Notes under the pieces: generated by a model
Databases searched by the model: none
What the model was told of the DNA's origin: nothing
Seen by the model: only the letters and a program-made list of their open reading frames with translations
Shown here: in pieces, positions 24,419 to 36,870 of the stretch
How positions within the stretch are numbered: the first letter of the stretch is position 1
How the letters are laid out: each line of letters opens with the position of its first letter
Assembly (NCBI GenBank): GCA_907165135.1
Contig: OU015567.1
Location: 9,734,001 to 9,798,000, forward strand
Reading direction: 5' to 3'
Length of the DNA: 64,000 bases
Source: Oikopleura dioica
Lineage: Eukaryota > Animalia > Chordata
Program-made: the position numbers and the translations under genes

Positions 24419-26407
24419 TTACCAAAAACCAACGAATAATCTATAGAATCTTTAAAATTATCAAGAATTACGATAATGTATCGTACTAACAGAAGAACTG
24501 GATTCTGATATTTCGAAAAGAACTGTACTGGCACCCCCTAATATTTATGTTTAAGGTTTAAATGGGCATTATCCGTCTAATGTCCTGCCTATACGGTACC
24601 ACACGGACCCACTGTAAGAAATATAGAAATAAACAAACAAACAAACAAGCCCTCAAGAGATCGATTTAGCGTAATATTTTTTTGGGAATTCATGACCATC
24701 AAAATCCGATTTTGTGTAATTTTTGCGGTGGATTGAATTTTGAGTTGTCAGAATCCATCTCTCGATATTTTCCTGAAATTTGTTTGACAATTTTACCGAT
24801 TGATTGTACTACAAATGAGTTTAAAACTCATCTCTATTGAAAAGAGAACACTATTAGTAATTAATATTAGCTTTAAAATCTTGGATCTGAGATAATCAAC
24901 ATTTTCGAATCCCCCCTTTCTGTATAATTACCTGGCAAAATTGTTAAGACTTTCATATTATTTCTTCTTTTGCACTCTCTTTCTGCGAATTATTTTAACG
25001 ACGGTTATTTTTAGCAATTGTAGTCGATTCGAGCTGTCAGAAATTTTTATTTTACGAAATGGTGCTCGCACCAAGGTGGTGCGCAGTACATGATTAAACC
25101 GCCGCAGGGGCTTGAATACGAAGGAAAGGGATGTTATTTTATTTTTTCTTGCAATAATTCATTTCAGCAATTTGAGCAAATGCAGGTCATAATAGGACCA
25201 TAAATAAACAGAGAAAGAGGGAAAATATAAGAGGGATTTCTGACGACATTGCTTCTCGAGCTTTTATTGCGCGGCAATGATCTTCAAGCAATTCTTAAAA
25301 GATACTCTCAGATACTGTTAGAGCGAAATCGTTAAAGATAATTGCGTCTAGGCGAACCTTTAGTTTTTCCATTTTCAATGTTTTCGATAGTCGTCAAATT
25401 TGCTGAGCCATTTTCGATTCCCTTGCAGACTCCTTCCAAGACAACCATCTAAAAAGGAACAATCAGAGTCAGTTGCTATTCTATGCGTCTGACGTCTTTT
25501 TCATCAGTAAACCAATCCTGGAGGTATGAATTCCACTGATCATTGTTCCACTCTTTGGCATTGTCGAAAAACTCCTTAGTTGCTTTCTTTTCGCAGGAAT
25601 TCAAAAACATTCATTCTTTCTAATAAGATCAGGCATCAGATCAAGCCGACGGTCCTTTTAGTTTATGTAAATCCCGTTCCTGTGCGTCACTTAATCCCTG
25701 TTCAGTTTTATCCTTTATTTCTCCAAACGCATCCGTCACTGTGTCCGAGAGCCAACTCCAGATGCTCTTTTATAAGTTTCTCATCATATTTTTGATTCTC
25801 CCCAAGAGTTACCTCTTTCTATCTTATTACTGCGGAAAAGTTTATCAGAAATAATTGATAAAACTTAATGCAAGGGTTTAATAGACAAACATCTAGAAAG
25901 GGATACATTGTTGCTCTATAAATACGACTTGAGTGGTACAAATGAAGAAATTTTGTAGAGTAGAAACATTTTTTATTTGTTTTTACAAAGCATTATTATT
26001 AATGAGTTCTCTAAATTTAAGAGTCTAAAAATCAATACTTCATTGCAAAAGATATCAGAAAAAAACTATTTATAGAAACGGTCCTGGACTTCTTCGCCGA
26101 TTCCGTCAGTTATTTCGGTGAGCTGATTTGCCTCGGAACGTTGTTCTGTTCCAGTATCTAATTCTTTATACTTTATTTGTAAAAAACGAGTATGAATAAT
26201 TTTTATGCACAAAAACTTAAGGTTAAGGTTGTTAAAAAAACTTCGACCCTCGCAAGTCAAATTATGCGTACCGGGAGGTTTATATCTCGAATCTCCCCTC
26301 TCCGGCGTATCATTGCCGAAAACTGTGTAAATTGCGTCAATGTCAAAATCATCATCGCCTGAGCTTTCGAGGCCATAATTATCAAAGCGCTCGTCGAAAA
26401 CTAAACG

Positions 26408-29400
26408 TTATGCTAGCGTTTCGGGCAACCTCGGAAACTCACTGGAATTCGTCTCTGAAAATGTGGCTGTAATCAAGGAAAGAAGAAGCAGTTTCATTTC
26501 AAATCTTCTCTTTTTGGACTCAAGTTTGAGGGATCGAGCGCACAAGTTAAACGGCTCAATAATGCAGGGCTAGAAATTATTTAACGGACTAGCGTTTCAG
26601 AATAGTGAGCTAAAAACCTCATCTTGAGCGTGTCAAAGCAAGCAGATTTAGAATTATTTGACCATGCCGCTAGTTTGACTATTATTGTAGAAACAATCAT
26701 TTTGTCCTTCTTTATTAAATAAAAACGTTTCAGAAATGCATTCACAATAACAAGTTGACAGTTGGAAATAAGCACTTTTTTTAAAGAAGTAATTCTACGG
26801 TTGCCAGTTTTCTAAATGGATATTAGTCAGCGAACTTGAACAAGGTACTTGCGGAAGTCAGGGATGTCGCTTGCGAAGTGTCCTATTTGATCGGGGACGT
26901 TGTAGAAAGGATCGTTTGGGTTTGCTTGTTCCGGAAAATTCGACATCGGCTGAGCTGATCCGATCGCGTGATTCGACACGTGTCCTCCATTCCCCATTTG
27001 ACCTAATGGAAATTCATTCGCTGTCTGGTTTCGTCCAACTGCTAGACAGAACCGAAAGCCAAATATAGTCATCCCTTCTCATACCACTATTAGATAATGT
27101 TAACTTACCCATCGAGCCATGAGTGGGATAAGAAAAGGCTCCTCCTTGAGGGCAGAAGCTGGCAGACTCGTTAGCCATCACGTGTGGTCCATTTTGAGGA
27201 TATTGACCATCACCAGGATATGGAATGTTATGACCGTGCTAGGAGGAAAGTGTTTTTCAAGTTGACGCAAAAAGAGAGAGAGAGCAGTTAGGACGATTTC
27301 CAAAAAATAAAAACCTGAGGATAGCCATTCCAATTTTGGGAGGATTCCGTGCTGCGATAAGCGTTGTACTCATTCATTTTCGACTGAACGGCCACTTTTG
27401 CTTGGTAAACTTCATGCTAGAAAGTCAAGTCATAAAATATTCTTGTGATCTAATTGACGGTGCCTTGACCATTTGCCAGAATCTCGGCTCAAGTTGACTG
27501 CTGGAATTAGTATTCATCGTGTCCACTTGAAGAGTCAATAGAAGCTCAGCAGTCGCGTGCCATTGGAGCCGCTCTTTCGGGCAAGTCTAAATAAGTGATT
27601 TCATGAAGCGACAAATCAATTTACCTGGACATCGTTTATGTATGCAGCCAAAAGACCCTTGCTTTCAAGCTGCTTGAGGATATAGTCGCGATATTTTTGC
27701 TCTTCGGCAACTTTTTTCGTCAAAATGGCTATTTGTGTTAGCATTCTTTCCTGACTCGGCGGACTTTTTTGACGAGCAATTTGGGTTAGATAAAAGGTTC
27801 GGTTCATGATTGCTTCGAGCTTACATAACCGGTTAAACATGGAATTGAGCTGTTTAGCAACTTGAGTGTCGTTCAACCGAGCCTTGGGTAAGATATTTTG
27901 ATCATTGAAGAAGCCTCCTTCGAATAAATTAGTGAGGAGCACGAGGATATCGTTGATGATTTTTCGTTGTCGAAATACGGAGTTTTCTCGCAAAATAAAT
28001 AGTATATAACATGGAAGCGCTCCTTTGAAGATCGAATTTGAGCCTAAACGATTACTTGTTCACGATTTCCATCATTTACAAAATTACCTGAGCCCGTTTC
28101 GCAGGATCTTGCGGAGTCTTCGTCATGTCATTCGTTAGAATTTTCAAAGTAGAGGTGGCTAACTCGAGCAAATCTGTACTTTTCCCTCGTGTATCCTTCG
28201 CCGACCCAATTATATGGAGCAACAGGTCTATCGAATTCGTATTGTTGACGAGATAAGCTAAATAGTGAAGTATTTATCCGTTGAACTGCGAATTTCGGGA
28301 GAAAATTGGTATTTTGTTTTTGCTTTCCACATTAGTTTTATTATAGTTAACGTGTTCTGACTACTCTCGGGCAGTCTAAAAAAAAAGACAAAAAAAAAGT
28401 AAAAAAAAATATGTTTTCAAAATAATCATGTTAACACGTTTAATGAACGCCTGTCTAAATTTTAGACTCTAAAACACTGACACTGTTTTTTTTATGTGTC
28501 ACTGTACTCTTACATTTTAACCAATATTTCTACCTTTATTGACACAATTGTTGCAAACGAGATTATACAAGATCCCTACGGCCATTGTTTTGATTCCCTC
28601 ATCTACGTTCGATGCAATAATTTTCGTCATCGCGTCAAGAATACTGTTATTATCGGCTTGCTTCGGCTGGCGGTTTGCCTCGTCGGAGAGATTGCGCAGC
28701 GTCAGAAGTGCATGAAGCAGCACTTTTTTCATGACAGCCGGGTCGCCCATGCAATTTGTTATGACAAAACCGATCGCCGTTATTCCGCCGCATTCGACGA
28801 TTTTCGGCTTGTTTAGTTTACAAACAGACAGGACCTTTTTAGGGCTCTTAACCCTTTAACTGGGCGCCTGGACCTACCCGTTAACGCGGGCGTGCAGGTC
28901 TCGCATGCACGAGAAATATTAAATTTCTAGCTGCCTGAATCATCAAAATCAAAAAAATTTTCCTAATTTATATTCATGAGCGTTTCCTCTTTCTCCTAAA
29001 TGTTTTTGTTTGCATTTGCGAATTTCGGAAAGGGCTGAAAAGTCATTTCAAAGTGAGGGTAAATTTCCCGCTCATTGGTCAAAAAGGGAAAAAGAGAAAG
29101 GGAAAGCGCGCGCCAATGCGTTTTTTCGCTGAGTTGAAATTTTCTTTTGTCCTTTTGGCGATAAGCGTTCAACTAAAATCAAAAACCGAGGAGTTGACTA
29201 GACGTAAAAATGTCTGAATTTTCCGAAAATGTAAGAATTTTTTGATATTTCATTGATAATTGAGGATTTATGGGGGGTCAAAGTCGGTGTGCAGGTGAAA
29301 CCTGCACGCCCTTGTTAACGGGTTAACTAAGGAAGGAGGAATTTTATACCTTTCTCATTAAAAATATGCTAAATACTCGTCACGAATCACATGCTCTTTC

Positions 29401-31174
29401 GATCCCCACGGATAAATCGTAAGGTAATTTATTCGATTTAATAGTTTTCGATGCTCAGAAAATGATTTTTAGCCCTTCCTTGAGAAGCCTCGTGATGTAA
29501 AGACCCAACTTTCCGTTGGAAGGTAAGGCCACAGGACGATAAAGCAGTTCCACCAGCATCTCGGGCACGTGTTCGTGGAGTAAAGCTTTCTTTGTAGCGT
29601 CATTTCGAAAAGAAACACAACGCAAAATGTCAACACATATAATGACGAACTTCGCCATCGATTGAATCATTTTTTGATCAATTTGGGAACGGTTTTCGTT
29701 CTGAGCTCTCGTAAATGCTAAATATCATTTCTATATAATAACCATGTCAGATCTTTGAGAAGAAATTCTAAAGCATCCTTTCCTGGTTTGAAGAATCTTT
29801 TCCGAAACTTTCCTTGCAACAACAGCTGGTCCTTGTATATCGCGGAATTTCGAAAAGATCGGAGCGTTAGAAGTTGGATTGCCTTCTTCATCTTTGATTT
29901 CGAGTTTAACGAGGATATTGTGAATGGAAGTGATGCTACAGAAGACCACGTGGTCGACCGTGGCGTTCAGCATTTTGATGAGCACTCGGAGCCCGTCAGT
30001 CTGCACGCCAAACATCCTACACCATGTTTTGCCTTCCTTATTTTTGGATATCGTCACATGACTCGGGAAAATATAAATTAGGACATTTGTCTAATAAGAC
30101 CATATCCTGGCCGTCTTTTGAAGTCAAATTGTAAATCGTTCTTGCCATCTCCTTCGCCACACGATCGTTTAGACATTTGTCCAGAGCTTCGACTACTTTG
30201 TGCCAGAAAGAAGGCTCTCCGGAGAGGATAGCCATTGCACCAGGACACTGACGGGTTAAATCATGGATAACTCGAGCAGCCAGGAATGTACATCGCATAT
30301 CTTCATCTGCAAGGTACTGCTCGATTTTAGGCGCGAATTGAGCCGTTGTTTGGGGCTGTTTCAAGATTTGTTCTTTGACGTTTTTGAGAACTCCTTCAAT
30401 TTGCATGATTTCTTCCTCTGATTTCCAACTGGTTCGCATTTCTTGGTGTCTAAACCATTCACTGTTCTGAAAGTCGTTGGAATATCCCGTGTTATTCGAC
30501 AGCTGCGAATCATTGAATGACGATAGTGAGTGAGTTTCTGAAGTTGTGAGAGATCCAATGCCAGAATCCTGGAGCTGTCCCCATCCATGATTCCAGTTTC
30601 CATCGATTCGACCCTGCTGGGGGCAGGGTTTGAAATCTGACGAGGTCACGAGCACGTGAGCACGTGAGTGAGCTCGATGAGCATGCTCACGCGTGCTCAT
30701 GCTCACGAAAATTTGAGCATCCCGTGCTCACGCGTGCTCATGCTCACTGAAATTTGAGCAGCCTCGTGCTCACGCGTGCTCGTGCTCACGCAAAATTTTC
30801 AGATTTCAAACCCTGGCTGGGGGTGCTGATGCTGTTGGCCGTAGTTATGATCATATGGGGCAACACTTGCTGGAGGAAACGGCTGGGCAGGATGTCCGGC
30901 AACAGTCGGCTGATAGATGCCTCTATTCTGCATTGCCTGGGACGGATTAAAAAAGTTTTACATCCGATGAACTATGGAATTATAAAGTTGAAGTAGAGAA
31001 AAGAGAGAGGTGGATTCTTCCATGTCTTCTACTAAATAAGGGTATTTCTGAAATAATATTCCACGTGAGAAACAAATTTCTTCGAATAAAAGAAGATTCT
31101 TAATGATATGAAATTTATCATGATATTATTGATGTAATCCGTGTCTGCATATGTTGATGCTGCTGACCAGCCAT
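26408..31174 (-). CDS. CTNNB1: Highly divergent beta-catenin/armadillo family protein; both ends approximate; N-terminal exon interrupted by a MITE
   Basis: Phosphodegron QDSGIGSLTTSETHSLS (S33/S37/41/S45 spacing). ARM repeats GLRVLIKMLNATVDHVVFCSITSIHNIL, KFVIICVDILRCVSFRNDATK, LLHALLTLRNLSDEAN and GILYNLVCNN align with beta-catenin repeats. Confidence 0.85.
28852..29322. mobile_element. piggyBac-like MITE in a beta-catenin intron
   Basis: TTAA|CCC...GGG|TTAA; about 34-bp imperfect TIR CCCGTTAAC..GGGCGTGCAGGT..TGCAC at 28877 and 29289-29322, plus an extra TTAA-CCCTTTAAC end at 28848-60. Confidence 0.75.
30624..30815. mobile_element. hAT-type MITE (192 bp) inserted in the coding exon of the beta-catenin gene
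   Basis: 17-bp TIR CAGGGTTTGAAATCTGA; 8-bp TSD GCTGGGGG (30616-23, 30816-23); internal GTGCTCAC/GCTCATGCTCAC arrays. Removing it restores the frame ..YGQQHQHPQQGRIDG.. Confidence 0.95.
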
Positions 31175-33693
31175 CTGAGGCCCTCGTCGAGAATTCCCAA
31201 TCGTTACATTAGGAGGAATGTTATGCTTTTACAGATGAGCGAACGTAAACGAACCCGGATTTTTTTGTGGAAATGACGTTGTTTATCATGCATAATTATT
31301 CCTATTGATATGCTCCTGGGCATTGGTACAATGAGGATTTACAAAGGCGAGCTCTTAAAATCTAAGGAAGATTAATAACCCATAAGCTCACGATCAAGAG
31401 CTTCTCACGTTCCTGATTCATTTTTGACAGAGTTTAAGATCACCAGGTACTGTTTCGTTGCGTATTTTCAATTCTTCTCATTTGCTCGATATCTCTTAAA
31501 GTCCTTGAGCGGATTGCTGAGCCGCTATTTATCACCTCAATGCTGGGCCCGTGAATCATTCATTTTAAACAAAAAAAAATAAAGAAAAATTTGACCACTG
31601 CGCAAATAAAAAAAAACGGTGAGATCAGCCAGCGCGCATCAAACGTAGTAGAGCTCAGATCTAAAAATGATCAAACATCCGCGATTCAATTATTTGAATA
31701 AAGCGAATTCCTCCACCGATTAGCTTTTCTTTCAAAAACTGATTTTCTCAGTACACCGCTCAGTAATAATACGACGCGTAGTAAGAATGTCAAGTGCAAG
31801 TGAAAAGGCAAGGTCCTACTGTAATTTCTGCTGACAGGGATGAGCGAGGTGTTTAGATGCCAGTTGTTCGTGTCCACCTGCCAGCCTTTGCTACAGGCGT
31901 TCATCATGGAAGCTGTCTTCACAATGAAGAATTAAGAATATCAACCAATAAATACGTAATTATGAAGATTAAACTAAAATATTATATAATGCTGACTAAT
32001 ACTGCGACATTACCATATTTAGGTAAATTATTTACCGCAAATACTAGATCATATTTATACTTAACGGCCTCAGAATACTGCCAGATTCATGCTACACCGA
32101 CGTAGATTTTACGGAAATTATCCTGTTTGATATATTCGGTATCTATTATTCCTGACAAACCGGCATAAGAGCGACGTCTGTCTCACTGTACATAGTACTG
32201 GTTATACAGTAGTATACTAAAATACCATAAATCAGTATTTATATGCACTCTTCAGCATGATTGAAAATCATGAAAAACCGTAGAAAGAAAAACTTTTTCT
32301 TATAATAAATTTCATTCAAACGATCGTTTTTCTGTATTCTTCCTTGTTTTCGGATGAAAATTTTTCTAAATTTTGAATCAATCTTAGCATCAGAAATCAA
32401 AGTTTCGTCTTGAGAATTAACAGAGTTTTACCTACATGGAACATAAATTTCGCGTCGTAGTGTGAAACAAATGTATGCTGAGCTTGGGCAGGTGAAGGAG
32501 GCAACTGCAAGGGGGATCAAGCCGCTTGTCACTCAAACCAGCTGCTTCTGAATGATCCATTTCCGTCTCCAGATCGCGCTGTTATCGCCACATTCGATGA
32601 AAACCTGTTTTGCATTTGTAATTTTTCTGTACTCTGCAGTCAAGAAATATTGGAAAATCGGATGCCTTCCACTACGAGATGATCTTAGGCGGCGTTCTGG
32701 ACAGGGTCTGGCCTTTGTACCTGGCTAGCAGTCGCCAGCGGGGGGTGATGGAATGACCTCGTGACCTGCTGAGTGTTTCAATATATCACGCACCAGTCGA
32801 CCCAGTCGGCGACTTCTAACAAAATTCAGATAATCGCCGATTGATGCATTTGCATACGGTCTAACGGACGCTACAGGGGGCGCTTCAGTAATTTGACGAG
32901 CCTGATTTAACTGAAAATCGTTGAAATTTGTAATTATCTTCCATTGATGTATTATCTTTTAAAATTTGAGGAGAAGGAATGGTCTTCATCAAGACTCTTA
33001 GATCCAAAATCATCATGACTTCTGAAAATCAAGCTTCATCCATGATCTCAAAGAGTAAAAAAGAGGGAGCTGAATTTTAAAGCCACAGGGTTGGACAATC
33101 TTGGCACTGTCTTTCGTACCCCACAGCGTGGAAAGTGCCCAGCTCGGTTATTGTATATTGTCTGTAGAGGTGCTCTGGGGGTGCGATGTGCCAGGTCACC
33201 AATCTAGGTGGGTCGATTGTTCTCAACCGCGGGGCGCAACTCAGATAAACTCCTTTCCCCTTTTCTTTTGGCCAGTGTGCCCATGCGGGGTTCATTGGGC
33301 ACGCCAGGGGTGCATTTGACTTATTAGAAAGCCATCCGCTTGTAATCCGGAGATGAATCCTTTTGTAAAAAGAAAAATTGAGTGTTTGATGTTTTTGTTT
33401 TTAATTTATTGGGATTTCAGTATTTTATACATTTTGATGGACTTGAACTTAAAATGAAATAATAAGAATGTAAAAGGTAGTAATGAACAGGTCCTAATGA
33501 AATAGGATGATAAAATGATATTTACAGATGGTTGATAATACCCAATATTTATTTACAATTTAGCTGGAACTTTCGCTACGGGTGTTGTGTCGAATCATTG
33601 GATCCGAGGAATCTCGTTCTGTGGAATCGCGTTTCTTTTATCTAAGCATTTACGTTCAGGAAATGAAAATTAAAGGGCAACATACCTGTCGAC

Positions 33694-35410
33694 TCAATTT
33701 TCCACGGAGATCGTAGCCACAGGGGATTCGTTGGGGGAAGACTGATCTGACGAGCCAAATTCAAGCGATGGAATTTTGCCTACAGTTGGGGGAATCTGCT
33801 CAACACGTGATAGCCGGGATCGATTTCGTTGGCACACGCGCTGTTTCTTGTGTTTCTCAAGAACAGCGTTTCGACTGAAGCTCTTGTGGCAGATATCACA
33901 TTCGTGTCGGCGAGTAGGATCTAAAATTTGAAATTGAAATTCTTTTTATATAAATGTGTTTCAATAGAATTTGAATAATTTCGAATTTCTAATCACAAAA
34001 ATTTGTCTATATATTTGTGAATTACCATGAGTAGCTCGGTGAGATCGCATGTTACTCCTGTCCGCGAAAGCTCGGTTGCAGATGTCGCAAACGTAGGGCT
34101 AGAATCAAAAGTTAGGAAAACTACTATAAGGTATACAGTAGTTGAAGACGCAGCTGAGTAGGCTTTGGCTACTGCAGGTGCACTAAGGTGTCAGGGCGAC
34201 CTTGGGAAGGCGTCCATCATTCACCTTTTCCTCACATGCGATCAAAAACGATCACTTACCTTTTCACCGGTGTGAGTTCGGATGTGGCCTTCAAGAAGCC
34301 ACTGCCTGGCGAATCGCTTGTGGCAATAGGGGCAAACACAGTTGAGCGAAATCTGCGAGCAAGTGCGAATGTGGTTCTTGTGCTCGGTGAGGCTCGTTCC
34401 GACGAACTTGCAGTGGACACAAGGAAAGGTCTTTCCAGAGCTGGGCGAGTTGGTCGATGAAGAAGGAGAGTTAGATGTGCTGGATGGAATATCTCCTTCG
34501 GAACCAGGAGTGCGCTCAGACTGGTACGCTGGTCGGCGTTTGGGTGTAACAGACCAACTGAAAATTGTAATTTATAATTATTCAGGCTGCTTTCAAGCTT
34601 ACTCTTTCTGCTGCGATGAGAGTAGGGATTCGACTTTAGCCGCTGCATCGGTGACGTTTGTCTGCGGAAAGAGAGGGCTCGGCCCTAAAGGCCAAAGATT
34701 CAATCCAGGCATGAGGGGCGTTGGTGGCGAGAGGCTGCTATCAAGCTGGAAAAGAAGACATTAGTTATAGAAATAAGTATTTTGTAGGATTATGTCGACG
34801 GAACTTACTCGAATTCGTTTGGTCTGTTGCTCAGGAGCGTCTGATTCCCCGCAAATTGTTGAGAGAAGTCCAGGCTGTCTCGAAGCGCGCAGGATGTTCA
34901 TGAAAGAATAAACCGATGGGGAGATGTGCGGCGACAGCGGAAGCTGAGGTAGACCAAGACCTGCTCCTATGAGAGAAGGATGCGATGGGAGGTAAGTTCC
35001 GCCTAATCCGAATGGTAGGAAACCAGGTACGGAAACAGGCGGTGTTGAAATGTGAGCAGGGAGGGTTGGTGTTGACTTGAGCGGAGTCTCGGGCTTTTTC
35101 TCTGGCGATAGGTAGCCGGAATCCTCCCTAGAAAACGGTAAGGAACTGTTACAATAAGTGAAAGACTTACCAAGTTTGCTGCTCGTCAGAATCTCCAACG
35201 ACATCGACTTCTTCGACTTCTGTTTTCTGAAGCATAAGAATGAGCTCTGTGCTTGAAAAACATGAGATAACAAGAAGAAGGGATTTAGAACTTCTCTTGA
35301 TGGCATGCGCGAGTTGTTACTGTACTTACAACTTCTCCCGTGAATGGGTACTGTCGCTTCAGGCTTCTTTGTGTGGTAGAGCTCTGCATCTCTGGTGATC
35401 TAGCTAGCAT
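33694..35410 (-). CDS. SNAI: Snail-family C2H2 zinc-finger transcription factor without an N-terminal SNAG motif
   Basis: [25 protein letters not shown]|[24 protein letters not shown]|..[19 protein letters not shown]. First exon [27 protein letters not shown] with a gtaagt donor. Confidence 0.9.
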
Positions 35411-35537
35411 TTTCTTTTTTGAAAAGTTGAGCAACTAGAAATTAAATTTGAGTCTTCCGAAGGTAGATGAGATAAAGGATATTATTTGAATTCGTTTGAA
35501 TTGTGCAAAATTGCAATCAACAGGTTGCTGAAGTGAG

Positions 35538-35545
35538 TATTTATA
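35538..35545 (-). promoter_or_regulatory. TATA box of the Snail gene, with a GC-rich proximal promoter (35570-35700)
   Basis: tatttata on +, about 130 nt upstream of the ATG at 35410. Confidence 0.6.
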
Positions 35546-36379
35546 CCCTCTTTGTGCTAAGGAATCGCGTGCTCTCTCGCGCGCCGTTCACAGCGCCGCC
35601 GCAGCGCCACTACCATGACTTGGGGCACGCGCCCTGCTGCGCGTGCACCGCGGGCTACGCCTAACGTATTCGGACACGCCAAATCCCGGAAGCAGAATAG
35701 GAAAAGAAGAACCTGTTAAGACCTGTGCTTGCAGTCCCAACTGACCGCACCCCGGGTGTCTTCGAAGACGGAAACAAATATGTCCGTTAGCTGTAAAGGG
35801 GAAGCATCTTTCCGTTCCACCAGTGGAAACCGTCTGATATTTAATCTTTAGGAATCAAAATTGGAATCTGTCTGCCGAATTTCCGAAAAGGACAATTATT
35901 ATATTTGATAGCCGGGGAAAACTTTCAATTTATAATTGAATTTGAAAAGAAATTTAAAAAGACAAGCTCTTTCTTATAGTTAGGCTTTTACGATATTGTC
36001 ACTTACTGTAGCAGATAAGAAATCCCAGAATATTCGTTCGTGGCTGTCTCTATCACACACAATCCCGTTTTGAAAAACGAAAAGTGCGATCTTCTAAATT
36101 CGAGTCGACCGTGATTTTTGAGAGATTGCGGAAACTTGGTGAACAAATAAAAGTAAAATGACCAGGAAAGCCTTTTTTGCAAATTTCATGACACAAAAGT
36201 CTCACTTTTCTATATGGACAGAAGCTTGATTTTGAAGGTATAAGCTGAGTATTGTATTCTGTAGCAAAATATCTTTATTGTTAATCTTATATTTGTAAAA
36301 CATCATCTTACTCAAGGATAAGCATCTCACATTTTTCCTTTGTTTGTCCTCTAGAAGAAAAATCAGGTCAGAAGGTGCA

Positions 36380-36870
36380 ATTTGAAAGGGCGGCACCGCC
36401 GGAAATATCAATAGCTAGCGCGGCGAAAGTGTTGGAAGAGAGCGCATGACAATTGGGCACACGCCTGGAGCTTTATTACTCGGCAGGGGCTTATTCAGGC
36501 ACACTGGGTTATCCTATTCAAGAAAAAGGCGGTCGGTATTACTCGATTCAAATGCCGGAAATAGCGGCAAGAGGTCGATTTGACTCTTTCACAGCTTCAT
36601 AATTCCGGGGTTTATGGGCGATCACGGTCGATCGAAATTGGAGGCTCTGCATGGAATTCTTAAATTTGACGAAGAAAAATACGGAAGAACGGTCGACACT
36701 AAATTACCCTCATATTGTCTTCAGAAGAAACCACCAACAATTCCATTTATCATGGAAACACAAACTACCCCCAGACCATCCTTCCGAGAGTCCCCAATGC
36801 TCCTAGCAACTGGGTACAGAATGACGTTATAGGAGTTAAAAGGAAGAAAACACAATCGATACAGGTGAGT
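36380..36870 (+). pseudogene. Degenerate coding remnant, possibly SPRY/B30.2-like
   Basis: Fragments GRYYSIQMPE, IEIGGSAWNS and IYHGNTNYPQT..WVQNDVIGV resemble SPRY strands; they are broken by stops and frameshifts. Confidence 0.25.

Noticed and set aside
30038-30706. ORF-track N-terminus MSMSTREHAHRAHSRAH as the native beta-catenin start
   Set aside because: Those codons lie inside the MITE; the native frame continues beyond 30823.
30660-30790. Regularly spaced repeats resembling a CRISPR array
   Set aside because: Eukaryotic context, no unique spacers; they are subterminal motifs of a MITE with TIR and TSD.
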